From: Octopus vulgaris
Taxonomy: Eukaryota
Direction of reading: 5' to 3'
Length of the DNA stretch: 64,000 nucleotides
Assembly: GCA_951406725.2 (NCBI GenBank)
Contig: OX597836.1
Location: 38,688,001-38,752,000 of the forward strand
In this document: positions 37,641 to 48,691 of the stretch, in pieces
Position numbering within the stretch: the stretch's first letter is position 1
Layout: the number at the start of each line of letters is the position of its first letter
The notes under the pieces: model-generated
What the model was told of the DNA's origin: nothing
Databases searched by the model: none
Seen by the model: the letters and a program-made list of their open reading frames with translations, nothing else
Translations under genes and position numbers: made by a program

Positions 37641-38794
37641 GTTATATATATATATATACGCGCGCGCGCGCTCAAAATTAAGAGGAATGACTACTAAAGT
37701 GGACACCCTATATGCTAAATATAGACGTCAAATCGCCATTACCACGAAGAATGTGTTCTCAAGAAAAAAAAAATTCCCAGCAAAACGCCAAAATGAAAAA
37801 ATTATGGCGTTTTTTTTCTTGAGAACACATTCTTCGTGGTATTTCGTCTGCCGCTACGTTCTGAGTTCAAATTCCGCCGAGGTCGACTTTGCCTTTCATC
37901 CTTTCGGGGTCGATAAATTAAGTACCAGTTACGCACTGGGGTCGATATAATCGACTTAATCTGTTTGTCTGTCCTTGTTTGTCCCCTCTGTGTTTAGCCC
38001 CTTGTGGGTAGTAAAGAAATAGGTATTTCGTCTGTCTTTACGTTCTGCGTTCAAATTCCGCCGAGGTCGACTCTGCTTTTCAGCCTTTAATTAAGAACCG
38101 GTTGTGTACTGGGGGTCGTTCTAATCGACTGCCCCCCCCCCTCACCCAAAATTTCGGCCCTTGTACCCAGAGTAGAAAAGAATATTTATTTTATGAACTG
38201 TTTTATATATATGTGTGCGCATATGTGTATTTACATATACATATATATATATATATATACACACACACACCCACATGACAGGGAAATTCCACCTCGGAAA
38301 TTTATCGATCTGTTATCTTCGGAAAGACTTGGAAAAGCTGTAAACAAGCTTTTAAAATAATTTGGGGCACACGACCTGTTAGTGGAATCAATTTGATGAA
38401 TTAATGTGGCGCCAATTACTTTAAAATGTGATGAGAGGATCAATTTATGTAGCTATATTTTCAATTGCTATCTTTTGAACAGTGAATAAACAAACGGCAT
38501 TTGTGTTTGGAAACAATTTTTTTTTTCCAGTTAATTTTTCGTAGAGGTTTCACTTTCTAAATTTCTTTGTCAATTTTAGCAGTTTTAGTCTTACTGTCTT
38601 CTCTGCAATTCGATTCTCCTCGGGAGTTTTTAATATTGCGTGAGTACCCCGTTGCAGCGTATTTTCCGATTCAGCGCTGACCCAACAAACCTATGATCAG
38701 AAGCATTCCAGCCACGACCATCCTGTCTTTGTATATCAGAGACAAGACGCATTTTTGTTGTTGTTGTTATTATTATTATTATTTTTTTTTTGTG

Positions 38795-39347
38795 GGCGAT
38801 CCTTCGGTATAAGTACACACGTGACTTTGTTTACATTTCTGAAGATAACAGAAACCCTTTTCTCCCACCTCTAACCCTAGCACAGGAGGCGCAATGACCC
38901 AGTGGTTAGGGCAGCGAACTCGCGGTTTCGATCCCCAGACCGGGCGTTGTGAGTGTTTATTGAGCGAAAACACCTAAAGCTCCACGAGGCTCCGGCAGGG
39001 GATGGTGGTGATCCCTGCTGTACTCTTTCACCACAACTTTCTCTCACTCTTACTTCTTGTTTCTGTTGTACCTGTATTTCAAAGGGGCCGGCCTTGTCAC
39101 TCTCTGTGTCACGCTGAATATCCCCGAGAACTACGTTAAGGGTACACGTGTCTGTGGAGTGCTCAGCCACTTACATGTTAATTTCACGAGCAGACTGTTC
39201 CGTTGATTCGGATCAACCGGAACCCTCGTTGTCGTAACCGACGGAGTGCTTCCAATCCCAATCCAACCCTAGCACAAACCATAACCCTAAAAAAAAAAAT
39301 TCTTGAAATGTATCTGGTACTTCTGGTACTTATACCGAAGTCATGCC
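38795..39347. mobile_element. GG-terminal MITE related to the GGATC family, with a nested SINE C (38885-39265, tail type 3)
   Basis: TIR GGCGATCCTTCGGTATAAGTAC / GGCATGACTTCGGTATAAGTAC; internal TTTACATTTCTGAAGA...CCCACCTCTAACCCTA shared with the GGATC family; SINE duplication AACCCTAGCACA. Confidence 0.8.
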
Positions 39348-39514
39348 GTTTTTTTTTTTTGTTTTTTGGTTGCCACATTTTGAGGGAGAGCCCATGTAGA
39401 GCAAACGTGGGTAATCTTTCTCAAGAAGCGGACCGCATGAGACATGGTTCGCTGCTTTGGCAGGTAACACTACAAAAAAAAAAATTCCAAGTAAATTTTC
39501 GCTAGGCGTGCCAG

Positions 39515-39623
39515 TCAGAAAGTCCCGAGGACCACAAGTTGCAGAGGCTCATTTAATGAGTGATCGGTGACAGTAGTATGGGTGACTACAGGTGATTCTA
39601 CGTCAATCAAGTCCTCAAATCCT
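39515..39623 (-). CDS. Candidate terminal coding exon of the micro-exon gene: (R)GFEDLIDVESPVVTHTTVTDHSLNEPLQLVVLGTF*
   Basis: Acceptor TTTATTTTCTGTTGAAG; phase 2 joins exon 40734-40666; non-repetitive, protein-like composition. Confidence 0.45.
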
Positions 39624-40563
39624 CTTCAACAGAAAATAAATATCATCATACTTGAAGCGATCTGGAAATCTTCGAGATTTGTCTTATATATATACTCTTT
39701 ACTCTTTTACTTGTTTCAGTCATTTGACTGCGGCCATGCTGGAGCACCGCCTTCAGTCGAGCAAATCGACCCCCGGGACTTATTCTTTGTAAGCCCAGTA
39801 CTTATTCTATCGGTCTCTTTTGCCGAACCGCTAAGTAACAGGGTCGTAAACACACCAGCATCGGTTGTCATGCTAAGGGGACAAACACACAAACACACAC
39901 ATACATATACGACAGGCTTCTTTCAGTTTCCGTCTACCAAATCCACTCACAAGGCTTTGGTCGGCCCGAGGCTATAGTAGAAGACACTTGCCCAAGTTGC
40001 CACGCAGTGGGACTGAACCCGGAACCATGCGGTTGGTAAACAAGCTACTTACTACACAGCCACTCCTGCGCTATATATATGTTTATGTATTCATATACGT
40101 AAATTATTAACAAGTGAAACTAATTAGTACATAGGTAATCGTTTTTTATTTCGTATATTTTCATTTGTCTTGCTTATTTTTACGCCTTGGTTTTTTGCTG
40201 AATTTTTTCTTGAGAATTTCTCCGTGGAAAATGGCGATTTTGACGTCTATTTCTAGTATACAGGGTGTCCACTTTTAGTGGTCAATCCTCTAAATTTTGT
40301 ATCTGAGCGTCAATAATACTTTAATTGTTCCACGTCCTGCGTTACTGTGTTTTTCTCTCTTTTTTTCTGTGTTTTCTTGTTTGGACTAACTTTATATATA
40401 TATATAGCAAGCGGATACATTTCCAAAGATTTAGTGGACTATAAATATACCCCGAAAGTATTCAGGAAAATCCACAAAGAAAAAAACCTAAAAAAAAATT
40501 CCCAATAATAATAATAATGTATTGGCTTTCAAATATATGTAACTTTTTATTTTTATGTCTGTG

Positions 40564-40598
<35 letters not shown>

Positions 40599-40665
40599 AT
40601 CGAGAGTGTATCGAGAGAAAGAGAGAGGGTGGGAAGAGAGATTTGGTTAGACCTATGACTTCAAC

Positions 40666-40734
40666 CTCAGTAGTTCTTCAATGTTAATTCCGAATATGTT
40701 ATGATGAACCAAGTTAATGGAATTGGTTTTCCAT
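40666..40734 (-). CDS. Candidate internal exon WKTNSINLVHHNIFGINIEELL(R); alternative acceptor at 40742
   Basis: TAG acceptor after a CT-rich tract; weak GAG|GTTGAA donor; open frame joins the terminal exon. Confidence 0.4.
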
Positions 40735-40966
40735 CTAGTTGGCTATCTCCGAGAGAGATAGAGAGAGTGCGTAAGCGTGTGTGTGTATGCGCATGTTTGC
40801 GTGTATGCCTGTATGTGTGAGTTGAAAAAGTGGGGCTGTTTTTTTCCCCACCAACCATTGATTAACCCTGATATTATTTAATCAAGAAACCTGAAATAAA
40901 TATTCATCTTGAGATTGCTTTTACACAGCACACGTACATACATACATACACAGTTTTATGTACATA

Positions 40967-41248
40967 TATGGCCCAGCGGTTAGGGCAGCGGACTCGCGGT
41001 TTCGATTCCAAGACCGGGCGTTTTGAGAGTTTATTGAACGTAAACATCTATAGATCCACGAGACTCCGGCAGGGTGGTGGTGGCGATCCCTGCTGTACTC
41101 TTTCGCCGCAACTTTCTCTCACTCTTTCTTCTGTTGGCCTGCTCGCTTAGCCAGCGGGGTGGCGTCATTTGAAGGCTAAAACAATGCAAAGCGCATTGTG
41201 ACCAGCGATGTGTAGCAACATCTGAAAGCCTAGTCGGTCACGGTGATG
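40967..41248 (+). mobile_element. SINE family C, tail type 4
   Basis: Shared head to CTTTCTCTCACTCTT, then a distinct tail ending GGTCACGGTGAT. Confidence 0.8.
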
Positions 41249-41464
41249 TGCATTTTTGTATACATACACACATATAAATGCTTCGATGTTGCATACGAGA
41301 TAAAGAATACTTCTTAAATGTAGCGCAGTTTGTTTTTTGTTTTTTTGGAAGCCGATGTTTAAACTCAATATTCTCTCACATTAGAATGTTCGTCGTTTGT
41401 CGACTTGAACGATTGAACCAATAAATTATTGGGAGTGAACTCGAATAGTGACATAATTAATCAC

Positions 41465-41511
41465 CAGTGTTGAAGGTATACGAATGGCATAGATTTTGAT
41501 GCCCCAGATTC
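41465..41511 (-). CDS. Candidate 47-nt exon ESGASKSMPFVYLQH; possible 24-nt exon at 41403-41380 follows
   Basis: TTATTAG acceptor and CTG|GTGATT donor; all three frames are open, so the frame is inferred from neighbouring exons. Confidence 0.35.
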
Positions 41512-41734
41512 CTAATAACATCGTTAAAAATGTATATTAATTGTTAGCTTTCAAAGATATGGATGGCGACTTGAATTTCTTTTTTTTTTTTTAAACTTTG
41601 TAGGTGTGGTTAAGAAGCTTGCTTCGTAACCACACAATTTCGAGTTCAATATCACAGCTACTTAATATAGCTTCGAGTTGACCACTATCTTGTGTGATTT
41701 GGGTAGACGGAAACTGTGAGGAATCTCATGTGTG

Positions 41735-41771
<37 letters not shown>

Positions 41772-42064
41772 CTTTATTGCCCACAAGGGGCTAAACATAG
41801 AGGGGACAAACAAGGACAGAGAAAGGGATTAAGTCGATTACATCGACCCCAGTGTGTAACTGGTACTTAATTTATCGACCCCGAAAGGATGAAAGGCAAA
41901 GAGGACCTCGTCGGAATTTGAACTTAGAACGTAGCGGCAGACGAAATACTGCTGAGCATTTCGCCCGGCACGCTAACGTTTCTGCCAGCTTGCCGCCCTA
42001 ATATATCTTCGAGTTGACCACTATCTTGAGTGATTTGGGTAGACGGAAACCGTGAGGAAGCTCA

Positions 42065-42096
<32 letters not shown>

Positions 42097-42316
42097 CAGA
42101 GAGAGAGAGAGAGAGCGAGAGAGATGTGTGTGTATCCCCACACTGCTTGACAGCCTCTGTTTATGTCCTCGTAACTTAGCGGTTGGACAAAGAGAGACCA
42201 GGTAGAAAACGAATCAGACTTAAAAACAAAATTAAGAACTGGGCTAGAGTTGTTTGATATAATCCTTCAAAACGGTGCCCCAGCATGGCTGCCGTCCACC
42301 GACTGAAACATGTAAA

Positions 42317-42356
<40 letters not shown>

Positions 42357-42597
42357 ATCCAGGATCTGGAATTATCCAGTAAAATGTTTTTGGTAGTTTA
42401 TTTTGTCTCTCTATCTACTTTCCCAGTGCTATATGAACATTTAATGTGGCTTTAGGGTCAGGTTTTGACTGCTATATCAGCATGGTGGTATATCTCAGAC
42501 ACCCTAATTTATAATTTTAAATAATTATTACCCGTGTAAGGTTTTTATTCCCATGCTGGCCTCTTGATAAGATCGATATTTAAATATCGATCTTATC

Positions 42598-42658
<61 letters not shown>

Positions 42659-42725
42659 ATACATATGGCGGTGCTCCAGCATGGTCATAGCTCGTGAGCT
42701 GAAACTAGATGAAAATTTTAAAAAA

Positions 42726-42759
<34 letters not shown>

Positions 42760-42900
42760 CAATCCGAAATTTCGAAGTCACTGTCAGCACTTCTTAGGAA
42801 AGAATAATAAAATATAAAATATGTACTCTACAAAAAGTATTGGATAACCCTTCAGTTTAATCTAAAATTGTTTTTATTACGATATAAAGAACAACAACAT

Positions 42901-42936
<36 letters not shown>

Positions 42937-42949
42937 CAGAAGTCCATAC

Positions 42950-43008
42950 TTTCTTGCCATTCAATAACTTGCTCATAGCACAAAAATCAAAAAAATTACG
43001 AGAATATC
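42950..43008 (-). CDS. Candidate 59-nt exon (G)YSRNFFDFCAMSKLLNGKK
   Basis: CAG acceptor and AAA|GTATGG donor; the only open frame matches the phase-1 end of exon 43164-43146. Confidence 0.4.
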
Positions 43009-43145
43009 CTGATTATTATTATTATTATTATTATTATCAATAAAAAAAACTGCAAGGTACGATAACAAAATTTCCCGATTTGTATTGTATAATACGCAGA
43101 AAAAAAAAACACAAAGAAATCTTAAACCTGGAATTCACTTTTTAC

Positions 43146-43164
43146 CGTGCCTTCCAATTTCATG
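43146..43164 (-). CDS. Candidate 19-nt micro-exon HEIGRH(G)
   Basis: TATTTATCAG acceptor and ACG|GTAAAA donor; phases 0 to 1 fit both neighbours. Confidence 0.35.
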
Positions 43165-43557
43165 CTGATAAATATCGATCGGAATAATTTCAATTTTTTT
43201 TTCTTATTCTTAATGTTGTGCAATGATCATGAGCAAGTTATTGCATCTTTTCTCAGGAAAAAGAATAGTAATAATATATTAATAATTCTTTTTAATTTGG
43301 GCACAAAGCTAGTAACTTTGAGGGAAGGGGGTCAAGTCGATTACATTGACCTCCTGTACTTGACTGGTACTCACACCAATTCTTTAAAAGTACAGTAATG
43401 CCTTGATATACGAGTTAATATGCTTCCAGAGATCGCTCATAAAGTGAAAACTCGTAAAACGGAGCAACAATTTCCCATAGCAATGTTATAAATTCTAATT
43501 CGTTCCCAGAAAAATATAGTTTATAATACTCGTAAATATCTGGAAATAAAACAACAG

Positions 43558-43673
43558 GGATCTTTTCGGTTTGACCGGCAGTTTTTTAAAATAATTTCCA
43601 CGTAACTAAACACTTTTAAACTTCGTATATGACACCGCTAGAAAAAAAACTGGCGTTCAAACCGAAAAGATCC
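43558..43673 (+). mobile_element. GGATC-TIR element, copy 5 (internally deleted, 116 bp)
   Basis: Both TIRs present; flanked by direct repeat 43372-43557 (186 bp) and 43674-43838 (165 bp, one ~22-nt deletion). Confidence 0.9.
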
Positions 43674-44434
43674 CACACCAATTCTTTAAAAGTAGAGTAA
43701 TGCCTTGATATACGAGTTAATAAGCGAAAACTCGTAAAACGGAGCAATGATTTCCCATAGCAATGTTATAAATCGTAATTCGTTCCCAGAAAAATATAGT
43801 TTATAATACTCGTAAATATTCTGGAAATAAAACAACAGTAGAATGTATCTCTGTTTGTGATGGATATTTATTATTGCAAAACTTAAAACTGAATAATTGC
43901 AACACAATGGCATTTTTATTTCTCATAACTATAATGAATTCCACCCCCATACTGTCAGTATTATACCTATTTCTTTATTACCCACAGGGGGTTAAACATA
44001 GAGGGGACAAACAAGGACACACGCAGGTATTAAGTCGATTATATCGACACCAGTGCGTAACTGGTACTTAATCTATCGACCCAGAAAGGATGAAAGGCAA
44101 AGTCGACCTCGGCGGAATTTGAACTCACAACGTAACGACAGCCGAAAGACGGCTACGCATTTCGCCCGGCGTGCTAACGATTCTGCCAGCTCTGTATTCT
44201 TTTCTATTCTAGGCACAAGGCCCGAAATTTGGGGGCAGGGGCCAGTCAATTAGATCGACCCCAGTACGCAACTGGTACTTAATTTATCGATCCCGAGAGG
44301 ATGAAATACAAAGTCGACCTCGGCGGAATTTGAACTCAGAACGTATAGATTTATAAATCCGCTAAGGATTTCGCCCGACGTGCTAACGTTTCTGACAGCT
44401 CTGTAATATCAACAAAATGTCATATCTTCCTTAC

Positions 44435-44462
44435 ATTTTGGCTATTTAAGGGACTCCAAACT
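44435..44462 (-). CDS. Candidate 28-nt exon 3 (R)VWSPLNSQN
   Basis: TCTCTTGTTGCAG acceptor and AAT|GTAAGG donor; phases 2 to 0. Confidence 0.5.
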
Positions 44463-44604
44463 CTGCAACAAGAGATTCATAACACATACAAAAAAGAAAT
44501 TTCAAGGTTTACCAACAGGTTTGAAAAATGGCCTAATAAACGGAAAAAAACAAATTTAATTGCAGTATAAGAAACAATAAATAACAATTAAATCAACACC
44601 AAAC

Positions 44605-44664
44605 CTTGACTTAAATCTTGGAGTAGATTTCTGCGAGGCAAAGGAAAGACTATGTTCAATTGAA
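44605..44664 (-). CDS. Candidate 60-nt exon 2 SIEHSLSFASQKSTPRFKS
   Basis: TATTTTTCTGTCGCAG acceptor and AAG|GTTTGG donor; symmetric phase 2-2. Confidence 0.5.
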
Positions 44665-45187
44665 CTGCGACAGAAAAATATTTCATTGAATCAAGTTATT
44701 CTAAAGTGTCTGCGTATATATAAGCCAATTTCGAATCGTTGTAGAATTAATTAGTGTTTTTGTTTCACAAAATACACAAAAAGTATACCACAAATAGAGA
44801 ACTGTATGGCAGATAGGTTAACAGGTGACGTGTATGTGTACGCGAACACATACATGCTTATTCGAAATATGTCCGTGTTTGTTTTTTAGCTTTAAGACGT
44901 CTTGCGAGAGTCTTCGTTTTTAAATAAAATACATCGTAATTACTGGATACTTTGTCTTAGATTCTTTTTGCAAACAGACGGGTGCCTATATATATATCAG
45001 AGGCGACTCCAGGTCATCAGCGTCACTCGGACTCATCACAGATTTCGCGTAAGACACGTGCCTGCTCGGAGAATTTCTTGTTTTTTCTTTTTATTTCTGG
45101 CTCCAAATGGCTTATGTTGTTTTTATATCTAGTACTATGCTATGGGTAAAAATAAAGCAAACCCTGCAAAACACAGCTGATCTTTAC

Positions 45188-45237
45188 GCACAGAATAACA
45201 GCAATCGAATAGTGACATCGGAATGCACAACAGACAT
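45188..45237 (-). CDS. Candidate first coding exon MSVVHSDVTIRLLLFC(A)
   Basis: ATG at 45237; GC|GTAAAG donor in phase 2; hydrophobic, signal-peptide-like stretch. Confidence 0.45.
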
Positions 45238-45728
45238 CAGCGATCTGGCTGTCGTCTGCACTCTTGACAAGAGTTGCTAGTTAGCTTTTTAGACCTACAA
45301 GACAAGTTCGTATTAGCCCCGAGTTGCTGCATAATTTTTCCTTCCTTAAAGAATATTGAATAAAACATAGAATTTGAAATACTTTTAATTTTTGCGATTA
45401 TCGATAACAATTCGGGCTGTAACTTCTGAGCCTGAGTCAGGCGTGTGTAAACGATGTCGAGAGATCGTCTGCTACGAATGATATTTTTTTGACACAAGAC
45501 GATCGCCAGACTCTGAACGAAAATAAATGGTGACCAAGCTCAATAAAATTTTTTTAAAAAAGCCCGAGTTATTGGCTGAAATTACATATTTGAAGTCAGC
45601 GTTGGCAGAAATTAAATCAGTTTGCAAATACACGTTCGCTTTACTAAATTTATACTCGGGCGAAGTCCGAGTGCCAGAGTCGCCATTGATTATATACAGA
45701 TATCGTTGCTATTATGTTAAACTGTCGT
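45238..45728. promoter_or_regulatory. Candidate bidirectional promoter / 5' UTR interval
   Basis: Repeat-free, CpG-retaining DNA between two divergent candidate ATGs. Confidence 0.35.
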
Positions 45729-45845
45729 ATGTCCAAACTTGACCAAATGCGTATTTTTCAATATTTATTTTTGCTCGCAATGGCCGGTTCTTTTCATCAA
45801 ACTATCGTATCACCAGCTGCTTCAGATGCCAAGATATCAAAAATT
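45729..45845 (+). CDS. Candidate first coding exon MSKLDQMRIFQYLFLLAMAGSFHQTIVSPAASDAKISKI (signal-peptide-like)
   Basis: In-frame ATGs at 45729 and 45747; basic-hydrophobic-small residue pattern; ATT|GTCAGT donor, phase 0. Confidence 0.35.
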
Positions 45846-45949
45846 GTCAGTGTAGTACAACGGTTTTGCTATGGAATGGTAAAACTAAATGGTAAAAAAA
45901 AAAGCAACGTTTTGGACTTACGACACTTTTGCACAATAACAACAATATA

Positions 45950-46490
45950 CAGTAATCCCTCGACTATCGCGGGTGTTAGATTCCTAAACCCTACGCAATA
46001 GGTGAACATCCAAGAAGTAGAAAACAGTGCTGTACTGTATATTATTTATTTTTATAATTTGTAAATATATATCTTTATATCTAAAGCTGAAGTTGTCTGT
46101 GTGTGGCAGGTTTGGTAGCCTTCAACTAACACTATCTCCTCCGAGACCCTACGACTAAAATTGGGAAATTCAAATCGGACCATGTTAAGATAAAAAATTA
46201 TTTACATAAAAAAGGTGGGTTTTTTTCTATGAAAATCCCTATTTTTTACGATTTTTTGACTGCTGTGTCGCCATTTTTCGGTGTATTTCAACCAGAAAAA
46301 ATGTTCACTTAAAGAGAATAAACAAGCTACATAATGCAAAATTTTTACTTTTCAAAAATTCCAATTCTAAAAGGTCGAAACAAACCCGAGCAACGCCGGG
46401 CGATACTGCTAGTTTTATTATAAATGCAAAACAACACGGCGGAGGAATCGACGTAAACATAAATGATAAACTGCGATATGGCGAGGAATT
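45950..46490. mobile_element. Tigger-type MITE interrupted by a Helitron
   Basis: TA-CAGTAATCCCTCGACTATCGCGGG left end; decayed right end GCGATATGGCGAGG; similar end at ~13189. Confidence 0.6.
46072..46412 (+). mobile_element. Non-autonomous Helitron, 341 bp
   Basis: A|TC 5' end, hairpin CCCGAGCAACGCCGGG at 46385-46400, CTAG|T 3' end, no TSD. Confidence 0.85.
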
Positions 46491-47647
46491 ATTACTCATC
46501 TTTCTCTAGATTAAGAAACCACCTAAGGGATAATACTTATCCAATATACTACTGGGCATGTACCCAATTATATATAGTCAAGTGCTTGTCATGACAATCT
46601 CGCAATTGAGTATTAGGTATGGGCGGAGGTAAAAGGTTATTTAGCCATGACTTATACGGCAAATAAGAGAAAATGGAGAAGATATACAATCGACAGACAT
46701 GATGCTAATAAACATTCAAATATGTCTATTTATTAAATTAGATAATTCCACAGCTATGTATGAGTGATACAGATTAACTGCATAAACAAGAATGTATATA
46801 CTTACATATATATATAGAACTAAATGAGTAAATATAAATGGGTGTACAGGTACTAATTCCTTACGGTCGTTTGTGCAACGAGGCAACAGAATCTTCCAGG
46901 TTATCGCCATTAGTTCTTTGATATGCAGGGATAAACAGACAAGGCTTGGATAATGGGTGTGTCCCTAGGCTTCTTCGGAGGGTCCAAGTGTTAGGGAGCT
47001 AACACGTATAAGAGTCGGTTAAAGATAGAGAAAGTGTGCTTATTCTTTTGAATAAAGTAGAGCAAGAATAAAATATAATAAAGTACAATGATTTGATGGG
47101 CCTAGTAAGGGAAAGTAAGGTGAAGACATCCAATAAAATGTTCATAAAAATCCATGGCATTCCATCCAGTGGTGGGTAGGTGAATAAAGTTACTTTCAGG
47201 AGGAATTTTGGCAGCCTGTAAATATTCCTCTGTAAAATTCGTCGACGTAAAAATTCCGTCGATGTTAGATTTGCCTTTATCCTTTTGGGAGTCGATATAA
47301 TTAACTGACTCACTCCCCCAAAATTTCAAGCCTATAATTGTAGTTTTTTCTTGGAAAGGAAAGCTATCATAATTATCTCAATGTTAGAAAATATTAATGA
47401 CATTTCCTGCTCTTCCCAAATCGGTCAGCTTGATGATATATTCAGAGCGAATATATCAGTAAATCAATGTCCACGAGGGGAAAATACGGAAGCTGGAATG
47501 CAGGAAATGATGGGGAGTCCGAATAAGATGCAGCATTTTGTATAGGTTTGTCCGGGAGACAGGATAATATAGTTGACGAAAAGTGGTGAGATTAGAATAT
47601 CAAATAGGCTTGGATGCAGTTAATTGATATCAAGTCATTAAATCAAG

Positions 47648-47955
47648 GGTACTACTAGCGACTAGCGAACCCGGTGCGCGCACTCGCGCATCCGTGCTAG
47701 CTAGTCGTAAGTAGTCGATCCTACAACGACTTGCTCGTTATGTTTGTATTTCAAGGCTGAATACATATCAAAGAAAATTAAATAATATTTTTCGAACAAA
47801 GTAAATAAAACGCAAAGTAAATTATTTTTATAAACAAACTAAGGTTAGGGTTACGTTTAAAAAATTAGGTTTAGGTTAGGGTTAAAAAGTCGTTGTAGGA
47901 TCGACTACTTACGACTAGCTAGCGCGCACCTGGACCACTGTTCGCTAGTAGTACC
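47648..47955. mobile_element. Merlin-like MITE, 308 bp
   Basis: 8-bp TSD AAATCAAG; TIR GGTACTACTAGCGA (fits GGNRM); 37-bp perfect subterminal inverted repeat; GGTTAGGGTTA motifs inside. Confidence 0.8.
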
Positions 47956-48691
47956 AAATCAAGTTACTAGTAACTTTAGTACTAGCATTAAATTCATTTA
48001 TAGTGTCTGAATTCTTTACAAATTTGCTAGGATTAAACAAACATGTTAGAGGAAAGTTATTCTATCCAGAGGGTAGTCGAACATAAATGACAATGAATGT
48101 CAAAATTAAACGTTAAGGAAGAATTAAACTCAGGCGTGAAGGCTGAGACTATCAAAAGAGCCACATGAAGTACAGAAATCGCAAAATCGTTCGTACATCG
48201 CTTAAAATGCCTTGCTGTATTTAGTAGCAACCTTTTACACCCGCAGCTCATAATCCACCCGGCGTTAAGAATTCAGACAACTTTGTAAACCATTCTGCAA
48301 AGTGTGCCTAACCATGCCGTGGATTGTTTTTAGATGTAATTTAAGACTTTAGAAAAGTCATTCATCTTGAAAACATATAATTTTGCTATATATAAATATG
48401 ATTTATTAGTAAGCAAGTTTTCAATGTATGTATGAGTGTATATATGTTAAGAAATTTTAATAGAGTTTTTTTAAAAACTTTCCGTGGGAAGTTCGCCAAT
48501 ATTTCGTTTCACTTTCTACGCTAGGTGCGCCAATAATTTTTAACTTGATCTCTGTTGCACCACTAAGGTTAAGAATAGAAACCGGTGATATATAGACACA
48601 CATTGAAACTACTTTGCAAACATAATTCCATATCGTATACCTTCCTCTGTCACCCATAATTTCTGTTTCTTATGTTTTAGAGACATCCCCC

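Noticed and set aside
34640-38331. Additional minus-strand exon-like pieces (~34640-34667 IKSTIDVVQ; ~38293-38337 FPSLSEDNRSINFR)
   Set aside because: Cannot be linked into a phase-consistent model; expected by chance in AT-rich DNA
40878-40890. Strong minus-strand acceptor TTTATTTCAG giving ...QHWFLD* (91-aa isoform)
   Set aside because: All frames stop at once; it may be an alternative terminal exon, but that cannot be decided from sequence alone
44605-44664. Resemblance of SIEHSLSF...FKSR to EMC10 (LEHSF...FRKRG)
   Set aside because: Too short, and the downstream exons do not continue the similarity; no gene symbol assigned
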